Origin: Sedimentisphaerales bacterium
GTDB taxonomy: Bacteria > Planctomycetota > Phycisphaerae > Sedimentisphaerales > Anaerobacaceae
DNA length: 64,000 bases
Assembly: GCA_963708075.1 (NCBI GenBank)
Contig: OY970194.1
Span: forward strand, 4,192,001-4,256,000
Direction of reading: 5' to 3'
Shown: piece after piece, positions 1 to 9,848 of the stretch
Layout of the letters: every line of letters begins with the position of its first letter
Numbering within the stretch: the first letter of the stretch is position 1
The notes under the pieces: generated by a model
The model's input: the letters and a program-made list of their open reading frames with translations, nothing else
Databases searched by the model: none
What the model was told of the DNA's origin: nothing
Made by a program: the position numbers and the translations under genes

Positions 1-1283
1 GGCGACGGACGTTCGCTTGCTGGTGGCATTGTGGTTGTATGCGGCGACCCAGGGGGTGGGCAGCACGCGGGAGTTGGAGCGGCTGTGCGAGCATCATGCG
101 GCGTATCGCTGGCTGTGCGGCGGGGTTGGCGTGAACTATCACACGTTGAGTGATTTTCGCGTCAGTCATGAAGAGGCGTTGGACGGTCTGATGACCGAGG
201 TGCTGGCGATGCTGATGGAGCGTAAGCTGGTCAGCGTGCATCGGATCAGCCAGGATGGGATGCGTGTGCGGGCCAGCGCCGGCAAAGGCAGTTTTCGACG
301 GGAGCGGCGATTGAACGAGTTGCTCGACCAGGCCAAGGGCCAGGTGGAAGCTCTGAAGGCCCAGCGGGAGTCGCCCGCCCTTACGGATCGCCATGCGCGG
401 CAGGTGGCGGCGAAAGAACGAGCGGCTCGAGAGCGGCTGGAGCGAGTGGAAAAGGCGCTGGGGGCCTTGGAGGAGATCAAGAAGGTCAAAGCCCAAGCGC
501 GGAACAATCAGCGGGACAAACCCAGCCCGCCGCGTGCCTCGACGACCGACAGTGAAGCCCGTGTGATGAAAATGCCTGATGGCGGCTTTCGTCCAGCCTA
601 TAACCTGCAGTTTGCCAGCGACACGCAATCGCGGGCGATCCTGGGCGTGGACGTGACCAACGCGGGCACGGACAAGGCCGAGAGTGCGCCGATGCGTGAG
701 CACGTCGAGGAGCGTACGGACGGCCAGGTGAAGGAGCACTTGATGGATGGAGGCTTTGTCAAGTTGGAGCAGATCCAGGCGGCCGAGCAGGCGGGTGTAC
801 GCATCTACGCTCCGCCGCAGGGCGGTCGAGGGTGTGTGGACCCCTGTCAGGTGCGTAAGACGGACAGCCCTGAGATCGCCGCCTGGCGGACGCGCATGGC
901 CAGTGAAGAAGGCAAGAGCATCTATAAGGAACGGGCGGCGACCAGTGAGACGGTCAACGCCGATCTGCGGACCTATCGCGGGTTGGCTCGATTGCTGGTC
1001 CGTGGGCTGCACAAGGTGCGTTGTGTTGCGCTGTGGTCTGCGCTGGCGTACAACATGATACATTTTGGTGAGGCATTATTGGTGGGCTGAGAGTCCAAAA
1101 GGGGCATAGAGTACCGCCCCAGGGCCCGATCGGGCCGGCTGCTGAACTGATGGAGGTTTGGACAAGACAGATCGACCCCTGAACGAACCTGAATAGACTG
1201 AGATCTACAGAATGAACAAGGACCGATCAGGTCGCAGAGATGCAGTCGAACCATCACAGTAATTCGAATTCTCTCACAGCCTC
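1..1283 (+). mobile_element. IS1182-family insertion sequence, 5'-truncated by the window edge
   Basis: Transposase ORF to 1090. The probable right end is TTCTCTCACAGCCTC (1269-1283), the reverse complement of a GAGGCTGTGAGAGAA-type terminus. Confidence 0.75.
17..1090 (+). CDS. IS1182-family DDE transposase (partial, N-terminus outside window)
   Basis: Motifs 'AYRWLCGG..NYHTLSDFR', 'QDGMRVRASA', 'STTDSEARVMK..GGFRPAYN', 'YKERAATSETVNA', 'RGLHKV'. Confidence 0.9.
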   Translation: MLVALWLYAATQGVGSTRELERLCEHHAAYRWLCGGVGVNYHTLSDFRVSHEEALDGLMTEVLAMLMERKLVSVHRISQDGMRVRASAGKGSFRRERRLNELLDQAKGQVEALKAQRESPALTDRHARQVAAKERAARERLERVEKALGALEEIKKVKAQARNNQRDKPSPPRASTTDSEARVMKMPDGGFRPAYNLQFASDTQSRAILGVDVTNAGTDKAESAPMREHVEERTDGQVKEHLMDGGFVKLEQIQAAEQAGVRIYAPPQGGRGCVDPCQVRKTDSPEIAAWRTRMASEEGKSIYKERAATSETVNADLRTYRGLARLLVRGLHKVRCVALWSALAYNMIHFGEALLVG

Positions 1284-1456
1284 AGAGCCCTCGGTTGTCT
1301 TGTCCCCTGCTTGCGATGTCTCATCCCATAATGACTGCCCTACTGTTGGAGAGTTGGTCCGCACGCGTGTTTTTTGCGATTTTCAGCATTGTGGTCGCAT
1401 TGCGGCCGGGGGCGGGCTCTTTAGAATAGAAGCGCTTCAGTAAAGGGTACCTGAGC

Positions 1457-1993
1457 GTGCAGTCTGATGCAGAATTGATCGAAAGTGTCCTGGCGGGCCG
1501 GGAGCAGGCGTTTGAGCTGTTGGTCAAACGCTACGAGCGATCGGTCCGTGCGACGGCCTTGCACGTCGTGAAAGACCGTCACCTGGTCTTCGATATCGCC
1601 CAGGAGTCGTTCCTGAGGGCCTACCGGCAGTTGGGCCACCTCCAGCAACCGGCGGCTTTCGGGGCCTGGCTCCTGCGGATCACCCATCGTTGTGCCCTGG
1701 ATGCACTGAAAAGAAGGCCCAACGAGGTTCCGCTGGAGCTGGATGAGAGCCTCGGCGTGGCGCCGGAGAGCCGTGACGGGCAACTCGAAGAGGACAAGCG
1801 GGAACTGCTGGCGGCAGTCATGCAACTGCCGGCCGCCGAGCGACAAGTCGTCATGCTTCGGTATTTTGACGGTCATACCGTCAAAGAGGTCGCGAGAATC
1901 GCCGGCCGAAGCGTCGGCACAGTCACCAAACAACTGTCCCGGGCCCACAGACGCCTGCGGAGCATGGTTAAGGAGTTGTACGATGCCTCCTGA
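1457..1993 (+). CDS. ECF-type sigma-70 factor
   Basis: Region 2 'DIAQESFLRAY..F.AWLLRI' and region 4 'LPAAERQVVMLRY..EVA...GTVTKQLSRA'. Confidence 0.9.
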   Translation: MQSDAELIESVLAGREQAFELLVKRYERSVRATALHVVKDRHLVFDIAQESFLRAYRQLGHLQQPAAFGAWLLRITHRCALDALKRRPNEVPLELDESLGVAPESRDGQLEEDKRELLAAVMQLPAAERQVVMLRYFDGHTVKEVARIAGRSVGTVTKQLSRAHRRLRSMVKELYDAS

Positions 1994-3428
1994 GAAGAAT
2001 ATCGAAGAGAGATTGCAGGAACTGGGCCGGGCCGTGGGCGGGAATGACTCGCTCACCAGGGCGGTAATGGCCCGCATCCGCACAGGGCAGATCGCTGCGT
2101 CAGACGAGGACTCCCAATCAAGGATTCAACTCGTTGTCAGGAGATTGATCATGAACAGAACCATGAAGTTCACTACTGCCGCGGCGTTGATCATTGTCGC
2201 GTTCGTTGGCGCAGTCAGCTTTCTGGACAGGTTCGGGGCCTCGGCTTACGCCGTGGAACAAACCATCGAGGCCCTGCACAACGTCCGATATATGCACATC
2301 GTCAAGTATGATAAAGCCGGAAACCTTGAAGATGAGCGATGGGAAGAGATCGATCCGAACGGCTATCAGGCCCGATATCGCCAGAACACGCCCTCCCATT
2401 TGTTCTACGTGGTGGACGACCGCAAGACCGTCATGGTCTACCACGCCGGCAAGGACAAAAACACGGCCATCCTCTACGATCCCAAGGAGCAGTCCTACAC
2501 ATGGCATTACGCCCCCGGCAAGATGTTCGATGAGATCGCCGAAGGCAAACCGGCCTATGCCGTCGTGGCTGAGAACGTCCAGTACAAAGGTCGGCCTGCA
2601 CACCATCTGCGAATGGTGGCCTTGGATTGGGACGTGTATATCGATCCAAAGAGCAAGCTGCCGATGGCCATCGGGGACTATGAAGTCAGCTACGAGGAGC
2701 CCCCTCAAGGCACGTTCGACATCGCGATTCCCGAAGGCGCCATCGTGGTGGACAAGCGACCCGGCGCGACACCGGGGCCGGAGCCGCTGTGGATGGTGCA
2801 GGAGCGGGAGAAGAAGGAAGCGGCCAAGATTGCCCAAGGCTATTTCGAGCAGGGCAGGCGGGCCCTGGCTGCGGGCCAGTACGCAGCCGCCGTGGACGCA
2901 CTGACGGAGTCGCTGGAGCTCTCGCCTGGACGCAATTGGGCCCAGTTCTGGCTGGGCAAGGCGCTTTATGAGTCCGGCCGCTATGATGAGGCTATCTATC
3001 GGCTTACGAGAGTGATCGAGATGACGAGTGAACACGGCTTGCAGATCCCCTCCTATTATTTGGCCAGAGCCGTGGCTTTCCAGGGCAAGGGAATGACCGA
3101 TATGGCACAGATCGACTTCGAGAAGGCTCTGCCAAAGATGATAGAGGCCTTGCGAAACTCTGAAGCAGCGGGGTCCTTCGACCTTGCCGACGATCCCCTG
3201 CGGTGTGCTGACGGCATGAGGGAAGACTGCCATGGAGCCCCGACGCCGGAGCAGAGCCTGGTCATGATGATCAACCGCTTGCGAATCCTCACCGGGCAGA
3301 ACTTCGGCTACGACCCCAGTGCCGGCGAGGAGGAAAAGGAACGGGCCATCTCCGCCTGGGAGCAGTGGTCCAAGGATTCAGGCCGGTTCAAGTTCACGCC
3401 GGATGCCAAGCTGATTCCTGTCCCATAG
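1983..3428 (+). CDS. Putative anti-sigma membrane protein with TPR repeats
   Basis: The ATG at 1983 overlaps the end of the sigma gene. Single TM segment; TPR-like 'AVDALTESLELSPGRNWAQFWLGKALY'. Confidence 0.65.
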   Translation: MPPEKNIEERLQELGRAVGGNDSLTRAVMARIRTGQIAASDEDSQSRIQLVVRRLIMNRTMKFTTAAALIIVAFVGAVSFLDRFGASAYAVEQTIEALHNVRYMHIVKYDKAGNLEDERWEEIDPNGYQARYRQNTPSHLFYVVDDRKTVMVYHAGKDKNTAILYDPKEQSYTWHYAPGKMFDEIAEGKPAYAVVAENVQYKGRPAHHLRMVALDWDVYIDPKSKLPMAIGDYEVSYEEPPQGTFDIAIPEGAIVVDKRPGATPGPEPLWMVQEREKKEAAKIAQGYFEQGRRALAAGQYAAAVDALTESLELSPGRNWAQFWLGKALYESGRYDEAIYRLTRVIEMTSEHGLQIPSYYLARAVAFQGKGMTDMAQIDFEKALPKMIEALRNSEAAGSFDLADDPLRCADGMREDCHGAPTPEQSLVMMINRLRILTGQNFGYDPSAGEEEKERAISAWEQWSKDSGRFKFTPDAKLIPVP

Positions 3429-3488
3429 CCGCTTGCGACAACAGACAAGAGATGGTACGCACACTGACCGGTGTGCTACCCATGGCAC

Positions 3489-3520
3489 AAGGGCCGGACG
3501 ATAACTCCGGCCCTTCTCAT
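3489..3520 (+). terminator. Stem-loop after the ECF operon
   Basis: AAGGGCCGGA-N7-TCCGGCCCTT perfect 10-bp stem followed by a pyrimidine-rich tract. Confidence 0.6.
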
Positions 3521-3805
3521 CTTTAATGCGACCAGGGGCATTTTCTTTCGCGAATTTGCTGTAACGTTTCTTCGCACTTAACGTCTATGTGTATAGAGAG
3601 AACTTAACGCTGCACACTTTCGCAGGGATGCAAGGGCTATCGCGGGTCGCTTCAGTCGTCCGCCGCGGCAAAATCATCGCGGAGGACCGGCTGCGGGGCA
3701 CTCTGTCGAACACCTTACCTCCTTTCACTGTTGGGCCGACTGGCGGAGGTCGGCCTTTGTTCTTGCGCATTGATTCCCCTGCCGCCAGCCTCTACAATGG
3801 TTCTC

Positions 3806-4519
3806 ATGCGAATCCCATTGACCAAGTATGGATTGCCCCAGGTGGTCATCTATCCGCTGACCTTCCTTGCGGCGATGATTGCGTATTTCATGATTGCCCT
3901 GCAGTACTTCCCCGATTGGGCCGTGCAGACTTCGTGGGTATTTCTGACCGTGTCGGCGGTCGAGCTGGTGTTTTTTGCATTGCTGGTGTGGTCCCTGAGC
4001 TTCTTTCGAGACCCTCAGCGGGAGATCCCCCGGGATGGTAACCTGCTTCTGGCCCCCGCCGACGGTACGGTAAGAGATATCGAGATCGTGGACGAGAAGG
4101 ACTTCATCGGCGGCCCGGCGCTGCGAATTGGCGTCTTTTTGAGCGTTTTCAACGTCCATATCAACCGTTGCCCCTGTGACGCGAAGGTCGAGAAGATCAC
4201 CTATCGTCGGGGCAGGTTCCTCAACGCGATGAATCCGTTGGCCGGCAAAGAGAACGAGTCGAATGACATTGCAGTGGTTCGGACGAAGCGGCCGAACGAC
4301 CACCTTCTTGTCCGCCAGATCAGCGGGGCGATCGCCCGGCGGATCGTCTGTGCCGCCCGGGTCGGACAGCCGCTTGCCGCCGGCGAGCCGTTTGGCATGA
4401 TCAAATTTGGCTCCCGCACCGAACTTTACGTTCCCGCCGGCGAATATATAGAATGTCTCGTGCGGATCGGGGACAAGGTCAAGGCGGGCATCACACCGAT
4501 GGTAAGGTATCGCGATTGA
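3806..4519 (+). CDS. psd: Phosphatidylserine decarboxylase proenzyme (short type)
   Basis: 'FFRDP.R', 'APADG', 'FLSVFNVHINR', and the self-cleavage motif 'MIKFGSRT'. Start approximate. Confidence 0.92.
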   Translation: MRIPLTKYGLPQVVIYPLTFLAAMIAYFMIALQYFPDWAVQTSWVFLTVSAVELVFFALLVWSLSFFRDPQREIPRDGNLLLAPADGTVRDIEIVDEKDFIGGPALRIGVFLSVFNVHINRCPCDAKVEKITYRRGRFLNAMNPLAGKENESNDIAVVRTKRPNDHLLVRQISGAIARRIVCAARVGQPLAAGEPFGMIKFGSRTELYVPAGEYIECLVRIGDKVKAGITPMVRYRD

Positions 4520-4520
4520 C

Positions 4521-4548
4521 GATTTACCATTTGTGATTTACCATTTGT
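4521..4548 (+). repeat. 14-bp tandem direct repeat GATTTACCATTTGT x2
   Basis: Exact duplication between psd and pssA, of the same style as the 7-bp-periodic intergenic repeats elsewhere in the window. Confidence 0.7.
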
Positions 4549-4562
4549 GAGTACGAGACGAC

Positions 4563-5516
4563 ATGCAAAAATCGGGCCAGGAGTTGGTAACAGGAATGAA
4601 CGGCAAACATCAGTTCGCGAATCATAAGCCGAAGGGCCGGCTGTTTCGGCGGGTCCGCCGGCAGCGCGTCAAGTATATCACGGTGTTGCCCTCGCTGATC
4701 ACCATCCTCAACGGCGTGTTCGGCTTCACCGCCATCATGTTCGCCAGCAAGAGCGGGGACGCAAGCACCGCCCGCGTCTCCCATTTTGCCGTCGCCGGGT
4801 ACATGGTCCTGCTGGCCATGTTCGCCGACATGCTCGACGGCAGACTCGCACGGATGAGCCAATCGACCTCCAGCTTCGGCGGCCAGTTGGACAGTCTCTG
4901 TGACCTGGTCAGCTTCGGCGTAGCACCGGCGTTCCTCATGCTCAAGCTCGTAGAGAGCGAGCTGGCGTTGACGGGCGAGCTGCACCACGACATCCTGTAT
5001 CGCTTCGTCTGGCTGGCGGCCCTGGTCTACATAAGCTGTGCGGCGATCCGCCTGGCCCGTTTCAACGTGGAAAACGACGAAAATGAGGCCGCTCATATGA
5101 GTTTTGCCGGCCTGCCCAGCCCGGCGGCGGCGGGCGTGGTCGTCAGCCTGGTCCTCTTCCACCAGGAGGAGTTGCCGGACATGAAGCTGCTGGTCTATGC
5201 CCTGCCCTTTTTCGCCCTCACCGCGGGCATCCTCATGGTCAGCCGAATTCGATACCCGCACGTCGTAAACGTGTATCTGCGAGGAAAGCAACGGTTCAAC
5301 TACCTCATCAGGGTGCTGTTATTCCTCGGCCTGGTCGTCTGCATGAAGCAGACCGCCTTGTTTCTGATCTTCACCACCTATGCGGGCGGCAGCCTCGTCA
5401 AATGGCTCTATTTCAAAGCCACCAGGCAGAAGAGCCGCCTTGCCCCGGTCACCGCAGATCTTGCCGCGGGTACTGCCGGCGCAAACCCGTCCTACGGTCC
5501 GCACAGCCCGGAGTGA
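4563..5516 (+). CDS. pssA: CDP-diacylglycerol--serine O-phosphatidyltransferase
   Basis: CDP-alcohol phosphotransferase motif 'DMLDGRLAR..S.FGGQLDSLCDLVSFGVAP', 'RLARFN'; adjacent to psd. Confidence 0.9.
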   Translation: MQKSGQELVTGMNGKHQFANHKPKGRLFRRVRRQRVKYITVLPSLITILNGVFGFTAIMFASKSGDASTARVSHFAVAGYMVLLAMFADMLDGRLARMSQSTSSFGGQLDSLCDLVSFGVAPAFLMLKLVESELALTGELHHDILYRFVWLAALVYISCAAIRLARFNVENDENEAAHMSFAGLPSPAAAGVVVSLVLFHQEELPDMKLLVYALPFFALTAGILMVSRIRYPHVVNVYLRGKQRFNYLIRVLLFLGLVVCMKQTALFLIFTTYAGGSLVKWLYFKATRQKSRLAPVTADLAAGTAGANPSYGPHSPE

Positions 5517-5532
5517 AAATCCGCATCGGAGC

Positions 5533-5561
5533 TTGACAGCGCCGGAAGGGGCCGGTATAAT
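5533..5561 (+). promoter_or_regulatory. Consensus sigma-70 promoter
   Basis: TTGACA (5533-5538), 17-nt spacer, TATAAT (5556-5561), upstream of the lipoprotein-dacA genes. Confidence 0.8.
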
Positions 5562-5679
5562 TAAGTTCATGGTGGAGCAAGGTTTGCGCCGCCATCAGAG
5601 ATGGCTCATGGTTGGCCCGGGCCCGGAGTGTTGCGCAGGTGACCCAGCGACTCGACTGCACCTTAGAGAAAAAGGGGAT

Positions 5680-5943
5680 ATGATGAAAAGCGTGACGGCT
5701 GTGGAAAATAGGAAAGGATGGCAGAAAGGGACAGGTTTACGCCTTTTCACAGTGGTGGCCTTGTGCCTGCTGGGGATGCTCCTGAGCGGCTGTTCCTGGC
5801 AGCATCCGGGCGAGACCGCCCAAGAGGTCAGTCGAAGACACGAGCGGTCACTGCAGTTGAACAATCAGATGATGCTTTCCGACATTGACAGGGTCCTGCT
5901 GCTGGACCGGCCCAGCCATCTCACCGACAAACGAATACCATAA
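5680..5943 (+). CDS. Small lipoprotein
   Basis: Purine-rich RBS, hydrophobic stretch and lipobox LLSG-C. Confidence 0.7.
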   Translation: MMKSVTAVENRKGWQKGTGLRLFTVVALCLLGMLLSGCSWQHPGETAQEVSRRHERSLQLNNQMMLSDIDRVLLLDRPSHLTDKRIP

Positions 5944-5984
5944 GAGAATCCGGGGTCTCGAGGCCCACGGAAGGGTCAGCGCAG

Positions 5985-6812
5985 GTGGATGCACTATTTG
6001 ACTACTTTCATCGGGTCGCGGCAAATCCACCGTGGATAGTTGTCGTCGAGCTGCTTTCGATCGGGCTGGTGGTCTGGTGGGTCGTTGATTTCCTCGAAGG
6101 CACACGCGGCGAGCGACTGTTTCGCGGCGTCATCTTCCTCCTCGTGGCGGGCGTGCTCATCCTGAACCTGGTAGTCGAGCGGCTTCCTTTCGAGCGGCTT
6201 CAGTATCTCTACAAAGGCTTCCTCATTGCGGTCATGATCGTGGCGGTGGCCGCGTTTCAGCCGGAGATCCGCCGCGTCCTCATTCAGATCGGCCAGCCCC
6301 GCATCTGGATGGGCTCTTCCCATCAACTCTCCCGCACGGTCGAGGAGCTGATCTCCGCGGTGACGCAGCTTTCGGCCGCTCGCATCGGCGCCATCATCGT
6401 CCTGGAGAGGGAGGTCGCGCTTGGGGAGTTCATCGAAACAGGCTCCCGGCTCGATGCCCGCGTGACGGCCGACCTGCTCAAGAGCATCTTCTATCCGGGA
6501 ACCGCCCTGCACGACATGGCCGTGGTGATTCGCAATGACAGAATTGTCGCCGCACGCGTACAGTTGCCCTTGGCGGAAGCGGGCACCATCGATGGCGTCG
6601 CGTTGGGCTCACGCCATCGGGCGGCCCTCGGCATCACCGCCGGGTCCGATGCCCTGTGCCTGGTCGTCAGCGAGGAGACGGGGACGATCTCCGTGGCGCA
6701 CGAGGGCAAGCTCAATCGCAACGTCACCGAGTCGCAGATCCGGTCCTACCTGGCGACGACCATGGGGGAAAGCATGCCGCTGGTGGGCCGGCTGTGGAAA
6801 CGCCATGCGTGA
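5985..6812 (+). CDS. dacA: Membrane diadenylate cyclase (CdaA/DacA)
   Basis: Three N-terminal TMs, 'FQPEIRR', DAC motifs 'LHDMAV' (DGA variant), 'GSRHRAALG', 'VSEETG.IS'. Confidence 0.9.
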   Translation: MDALFDYFHRVAANPPWIVVVELLSIGLVVWWVVDFLEGTRGERLFRGVIFLLVAGVLILNLVVERLPFERLQYLYKGFLIAVMIVAVAAFQPEIRRVLIQIGQPRIWMGSSHQLSRTVEELISAVTQLSAARIGAIIVLEREVALGEFIETGSRLDARVTADLLKSIFYPGTALHDMAVVIRNDRIVAARVQLPLAEAGTIDGVALGSRHRAALGITAGSDALCLVVSEETGTISVAHEGKLNRNVTESQIRSYLATTMGESMPLVGRLWKRHA

Positions 6813-6854
6813 TATGGAAGTGGAGTCTCGCGGAGCTCCGTGTGAAATTGTGAC

Positions 6855-7907
6855 ATGATAGACGCAAAACGCAAACTCGGAAAGATCTCAGTGACCGTGT
6901 TTCTCACCGCCCTGATCTGGGTGTGGGCGGACCTGGCGCAGGATGAGCGGTTGGAGCTGTCCAATTTCGTCACGATCACGATGGCCAAGTCCGGCGATCC
7001 GAACCTCTGGGTCGCCCTGGAGGGCGACAGCTCGACGCTGCGGGCATCCGTGACCATCGAGCGCGTCGTTCTCAAGGGCCCCGCCTCACGGGTCAGTGAA
7101 ATCGTGCGGCGCAAGAACCGCGAGAAGCTGGACCTCAACTTGTTCCTCGTGCCCGAGCAGATGGGCCTGACGGAGACGACCACGCGCACACTCGATCTCG
7201 ATGTGCTCAGTTTCCTCAAGCAGAGCGATGAGATCCGGCAACTGGGCCTGACGGTGGAGACCAGCGAGCCGAGGATGATCAGGGTTCAGCTCTCCCGGCT
7301 CAAGACCGAGCCGATGAAAGTGGAATGCATCGATGACATGGGCAATCCGCTCATCGCCGAGACCATCGAGCCGTCGCTTGTGAAGGTGCGCGTTCCACCC
7401 GAGGGGATGGCGGCCGCGAGGGTGCGACTGACGGCGGAGGAACAACGCCAGGCCCGGGAATCGCCGGTGGAGAAGACTCCCTACATCGAGCTGGCGGACG
7501 GCCAGCGGCGCGACGCGCTGCAACCGGTAAAGGTGAAACTGCCGCCGGCGGAGAATGCGCTGCGGCAATACGCCGTGTCGGCGACCATCGGCCTGTGCAT
7601 GAGCCAGAATATGCAGGACAAGTTCACGGTCGAATTGCGAGGGGATCCGATGGCGGATCTCGTACTCGTTCGGGCGACCGCCGCCGCTCACCAGGAGTAT
7701 GACAAGATGCCATTCCACATGCTCCTGTTCATCGAGGACTCGGACAAGCCCAGCCAGGAGTACTTGTCCCGCGAGGTCGTCTTCAATTTCCCGCACGACC
7801 ACGTGGAGCGCGGCGAGATCAAATTGGATCAACCGGTGCCGAAGGTCCAGTTCCGCTTAGTCCCCATCCCCGAGCCGGCGCCCGCCCCCACTCCCGCTGA
7901 AACATAG
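6855..7907 (+). CDS. CdaR/YbbR-like membrane-anchored protein
   Basis: Single N-terminal TM, beta-rich extracytoplasmic part, directly downstream of dacA. Assignment is mainly by context. Confidence 0.55.
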   Translation: MIDAKRKLGKISVTVFLTALIWVWADLAQDERLELSNFVTITMAKSGDPNLWVALEGDSSTLRASVTIERVVLKGPASRVSEIVRRKNREKLDLNLFLVPEQMGLTETTTRTLDLDVLSFLKQSDEIRQLGLTVETSEPRMIRVQLSRLKTEPMKVECIDDMGNPLIAETIEPSLVKVRVPPEGMAAARVRLTAEEQRQARESPVEKTPYIELADGQRRDALQPVKVKLPPAENALRQYAVSATIGLCMSQNMQDKFTVELRGDPMADLVLVRATAAAHQEYDKMPFHMLLFIEDSDKPSQEYLSREVVFNFPHDHVERGEIKLDQPVPKVQFRLVPIPEPAPAPTPAET

Positions 7908-7921
7908 ACCCATCGTCACGG

Positions 7922-9616
7922 TTATGAGGCGACGTCCGCGGCGCGGCGGGCCGGGTAGGCAAGAAAGACCCTTGCTGCGGAGATAACCGAGACACTGCCG
8001 AGCACCAGCAGGACCAGGCCGCAGACGCCCGAGATGACCACCTCCGTCTTCATCTTTCCGCCGAACAGGTCCCCCAGCGACCTGATGAACGGCAGGACCT
8101 GCAGAATCAACGCGGCCATCGTTGTCACGAGCATGAAGAGCATTGGCACGATGGTATAGAAAGCCCGCTTGCCCGAGCCGATCAGCCAGGCGGACAGCGC
8201 CAGAAGCGTCAGGCTGGCCAGCATCTGGTTGCTCGTGCCGAAGATCGGCCAGGCGACCAGGTATGCCTTCTCCTTCGCCGCCAGAAGGAAGATCAGCGGG
8301 ATCGCCAGACTGATGGCCGTGGCCAGGCAGCCGCCCCAGAGCCCGCGCCAGCCGGTCAGCTCCTGCAAGATGTAACGGGCCAGCCTGGTGGAGACGTCGA
8401 GCGTGTCGTACACGAACGTGGAAAAGGCCAGCAGCGCGAACGGGAAGGCAACGTTGAAGCCGATTCCCAGCAGGCCGCAGTACTTGGCCAGGCCATTCGC
8501 ATAGATCAGATTCGGGTCCATTTTGAGCTCCTCCGAGCCCTGCTTGATCATCATGACGGTCGCCAGAGCCAGCACCGCCACGACGCCCTCCAGCAGCATC
8601 GCCCCGTAGCCGATCGGCTTGGCGTCGGACTCCTTGTTGAGCTGCCTGGAGGTCGTGCCCGAGGAGACAATCGCATGGAACCCCGAGCAGGCGCCGCACG
8701 CCACCGTGATGAACAGGAAGGGAAAGAGGAGCCTGCCATTCAGCGAACTCTTGAGGCCCGAGAGATTCACAGCCGGATACGCGATCTCGAATCCGCCGAG
8801 CAGGGCGCCCGCCAGGCCGATGAAGATCGTCAGGTACAGCAGCCATCCGCCGAGATAACCGCGCGGCTGCAACAACAGCCACATCGGAATGATCGACGCG
8901 ATGAAACAGTAGATCAGGAGGAAGACGTCCCATTGCTTGGCAGAGACGCCGCCGAAGAACTCCAGCACGGGCGCCGGCAGGCGCGGCCCGATCCATACCG
9001 CCAGCAGCACCAGCGGCAGAAAGATCACCGTGAGCAGCCACAGCTTGAGCTTCGAGTGCCGCAGCAGTACGCCCATGACAATCGCCAGGGACAGGTACAG
9101 GATCGAGGATGCCGCGACTCCCGGCCCGTAGGCCTCGCCTTGCGCGACGGCCTTGAAGGTCTGGCCGGTAATGTCGGTGAAGGCGATGATCACGTACACC
9201 AGCGCCAGCCAGATGAAGATCAGGAAGTAGATATACGTGTACCCGGGCAGGTACAGCCTGGCGATCTCACCCACCGACACGGCCTTGTGCCGCACGGAGG
9301 CAGTCAGCGTGGCGAAGTCGTGGACCCCGCCGATGAAGACCGCGCCGACCACGATCCACAGCCACGCGGGCAGCCAGCCGAACCAGATCGCCGCCAGTAC
9401 GGGCCCGACAATCGGCCCCGCGGCCGCAATGGCCGAGAAGTGCTGGCCCAGCAGCAGCGGCGCCTTGGCCGGCACGTAATCCAGGCCGTCATTGACCTCA
9501 TGGGCGGGCGTCCGGTAGTTGTCGCTGAGGCTCATCTGCTTTGCGACGAACCGGCCGTAGGTGAAGTACGCCAGAGTGAAGATCACGATCGTCGCCAATA
9601 CGATTATGCTAATCAT
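7922..9616 (-). CDS. cstA: Carbon starvation protein A family transporter
   Basis: 'TPAH...DG.DYVP', 'HFSAIAAAGPIVGP', 'TVACGACSGFH', 'WPIFGTSNQMLA'. Confidence 0.93.
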   Translation of the reverse strand: MISIIVLATIVIFTLAYFTYGRFVAKQMSLSDNYRTPAHEVNDGLDYVPAKAPLLLGQHFSAIAAAGPIVGPVLAAIWFGWLPAWLWIVVGAVFIGGVHDFATLTASVRHKAVSVGEIARLYLPGYTYIYFLIFIWLALVYVIIAFTDITGQTFKAVAQGEAYGPGVAASSILYLSLAIVMGVLLRHSKLKLWLLTVIFLPLVLLAVWIGPRLPAPVLEFFGGVSAKQWDVFLLIYCFIASIIPMWLLLQPRGYLGGWLLYLTIFIGLAGALLGGFEIAYPAVNLSGLKSSLNGRLLFPFLFITVACGACSGFHAIVSSGTTSRQLNKESDAKPIGYGAMLLEGVVAVLALATVMMIKQGSEELKMDPNLIYANGLAKYCGLLGIGFNVAFPFALLAFSTFVYDTLDVSTRLARYILQELTGWRGLWGGCLATAISLAIPLIFLLAAKEKAYLVAWPIFGTSNQMLASLTLLALSAWLIGSGKRAFYTIVPMLFMLVTTMAALILQVLPFIRSLGDLFGGKMKTEVVISGVCGLVLLVLGSVSVISAARVFLAYPARRAADVAS

Positions 9617-9848
9617 ATAGCCTCCCGGCTTCGACCCTAAAGACCACGGCTGTCATGCCTATCAGTCTATCAGACCGGGAGCAGCTTACGCAAGCCGGTC
9701 GGGCAAATCATCACATCCCGTGAGATGCTACTGCCCATCACGCAGGCCTGCCGGGTGTGCGGCCTTCAGGATGCCCTCAAGCACAGTCTCAGGACTTCCT
9801 GACTGTGGACAAGGGAGACGCCGCCGCCAGGGCCGCCCGCGACCGAAT

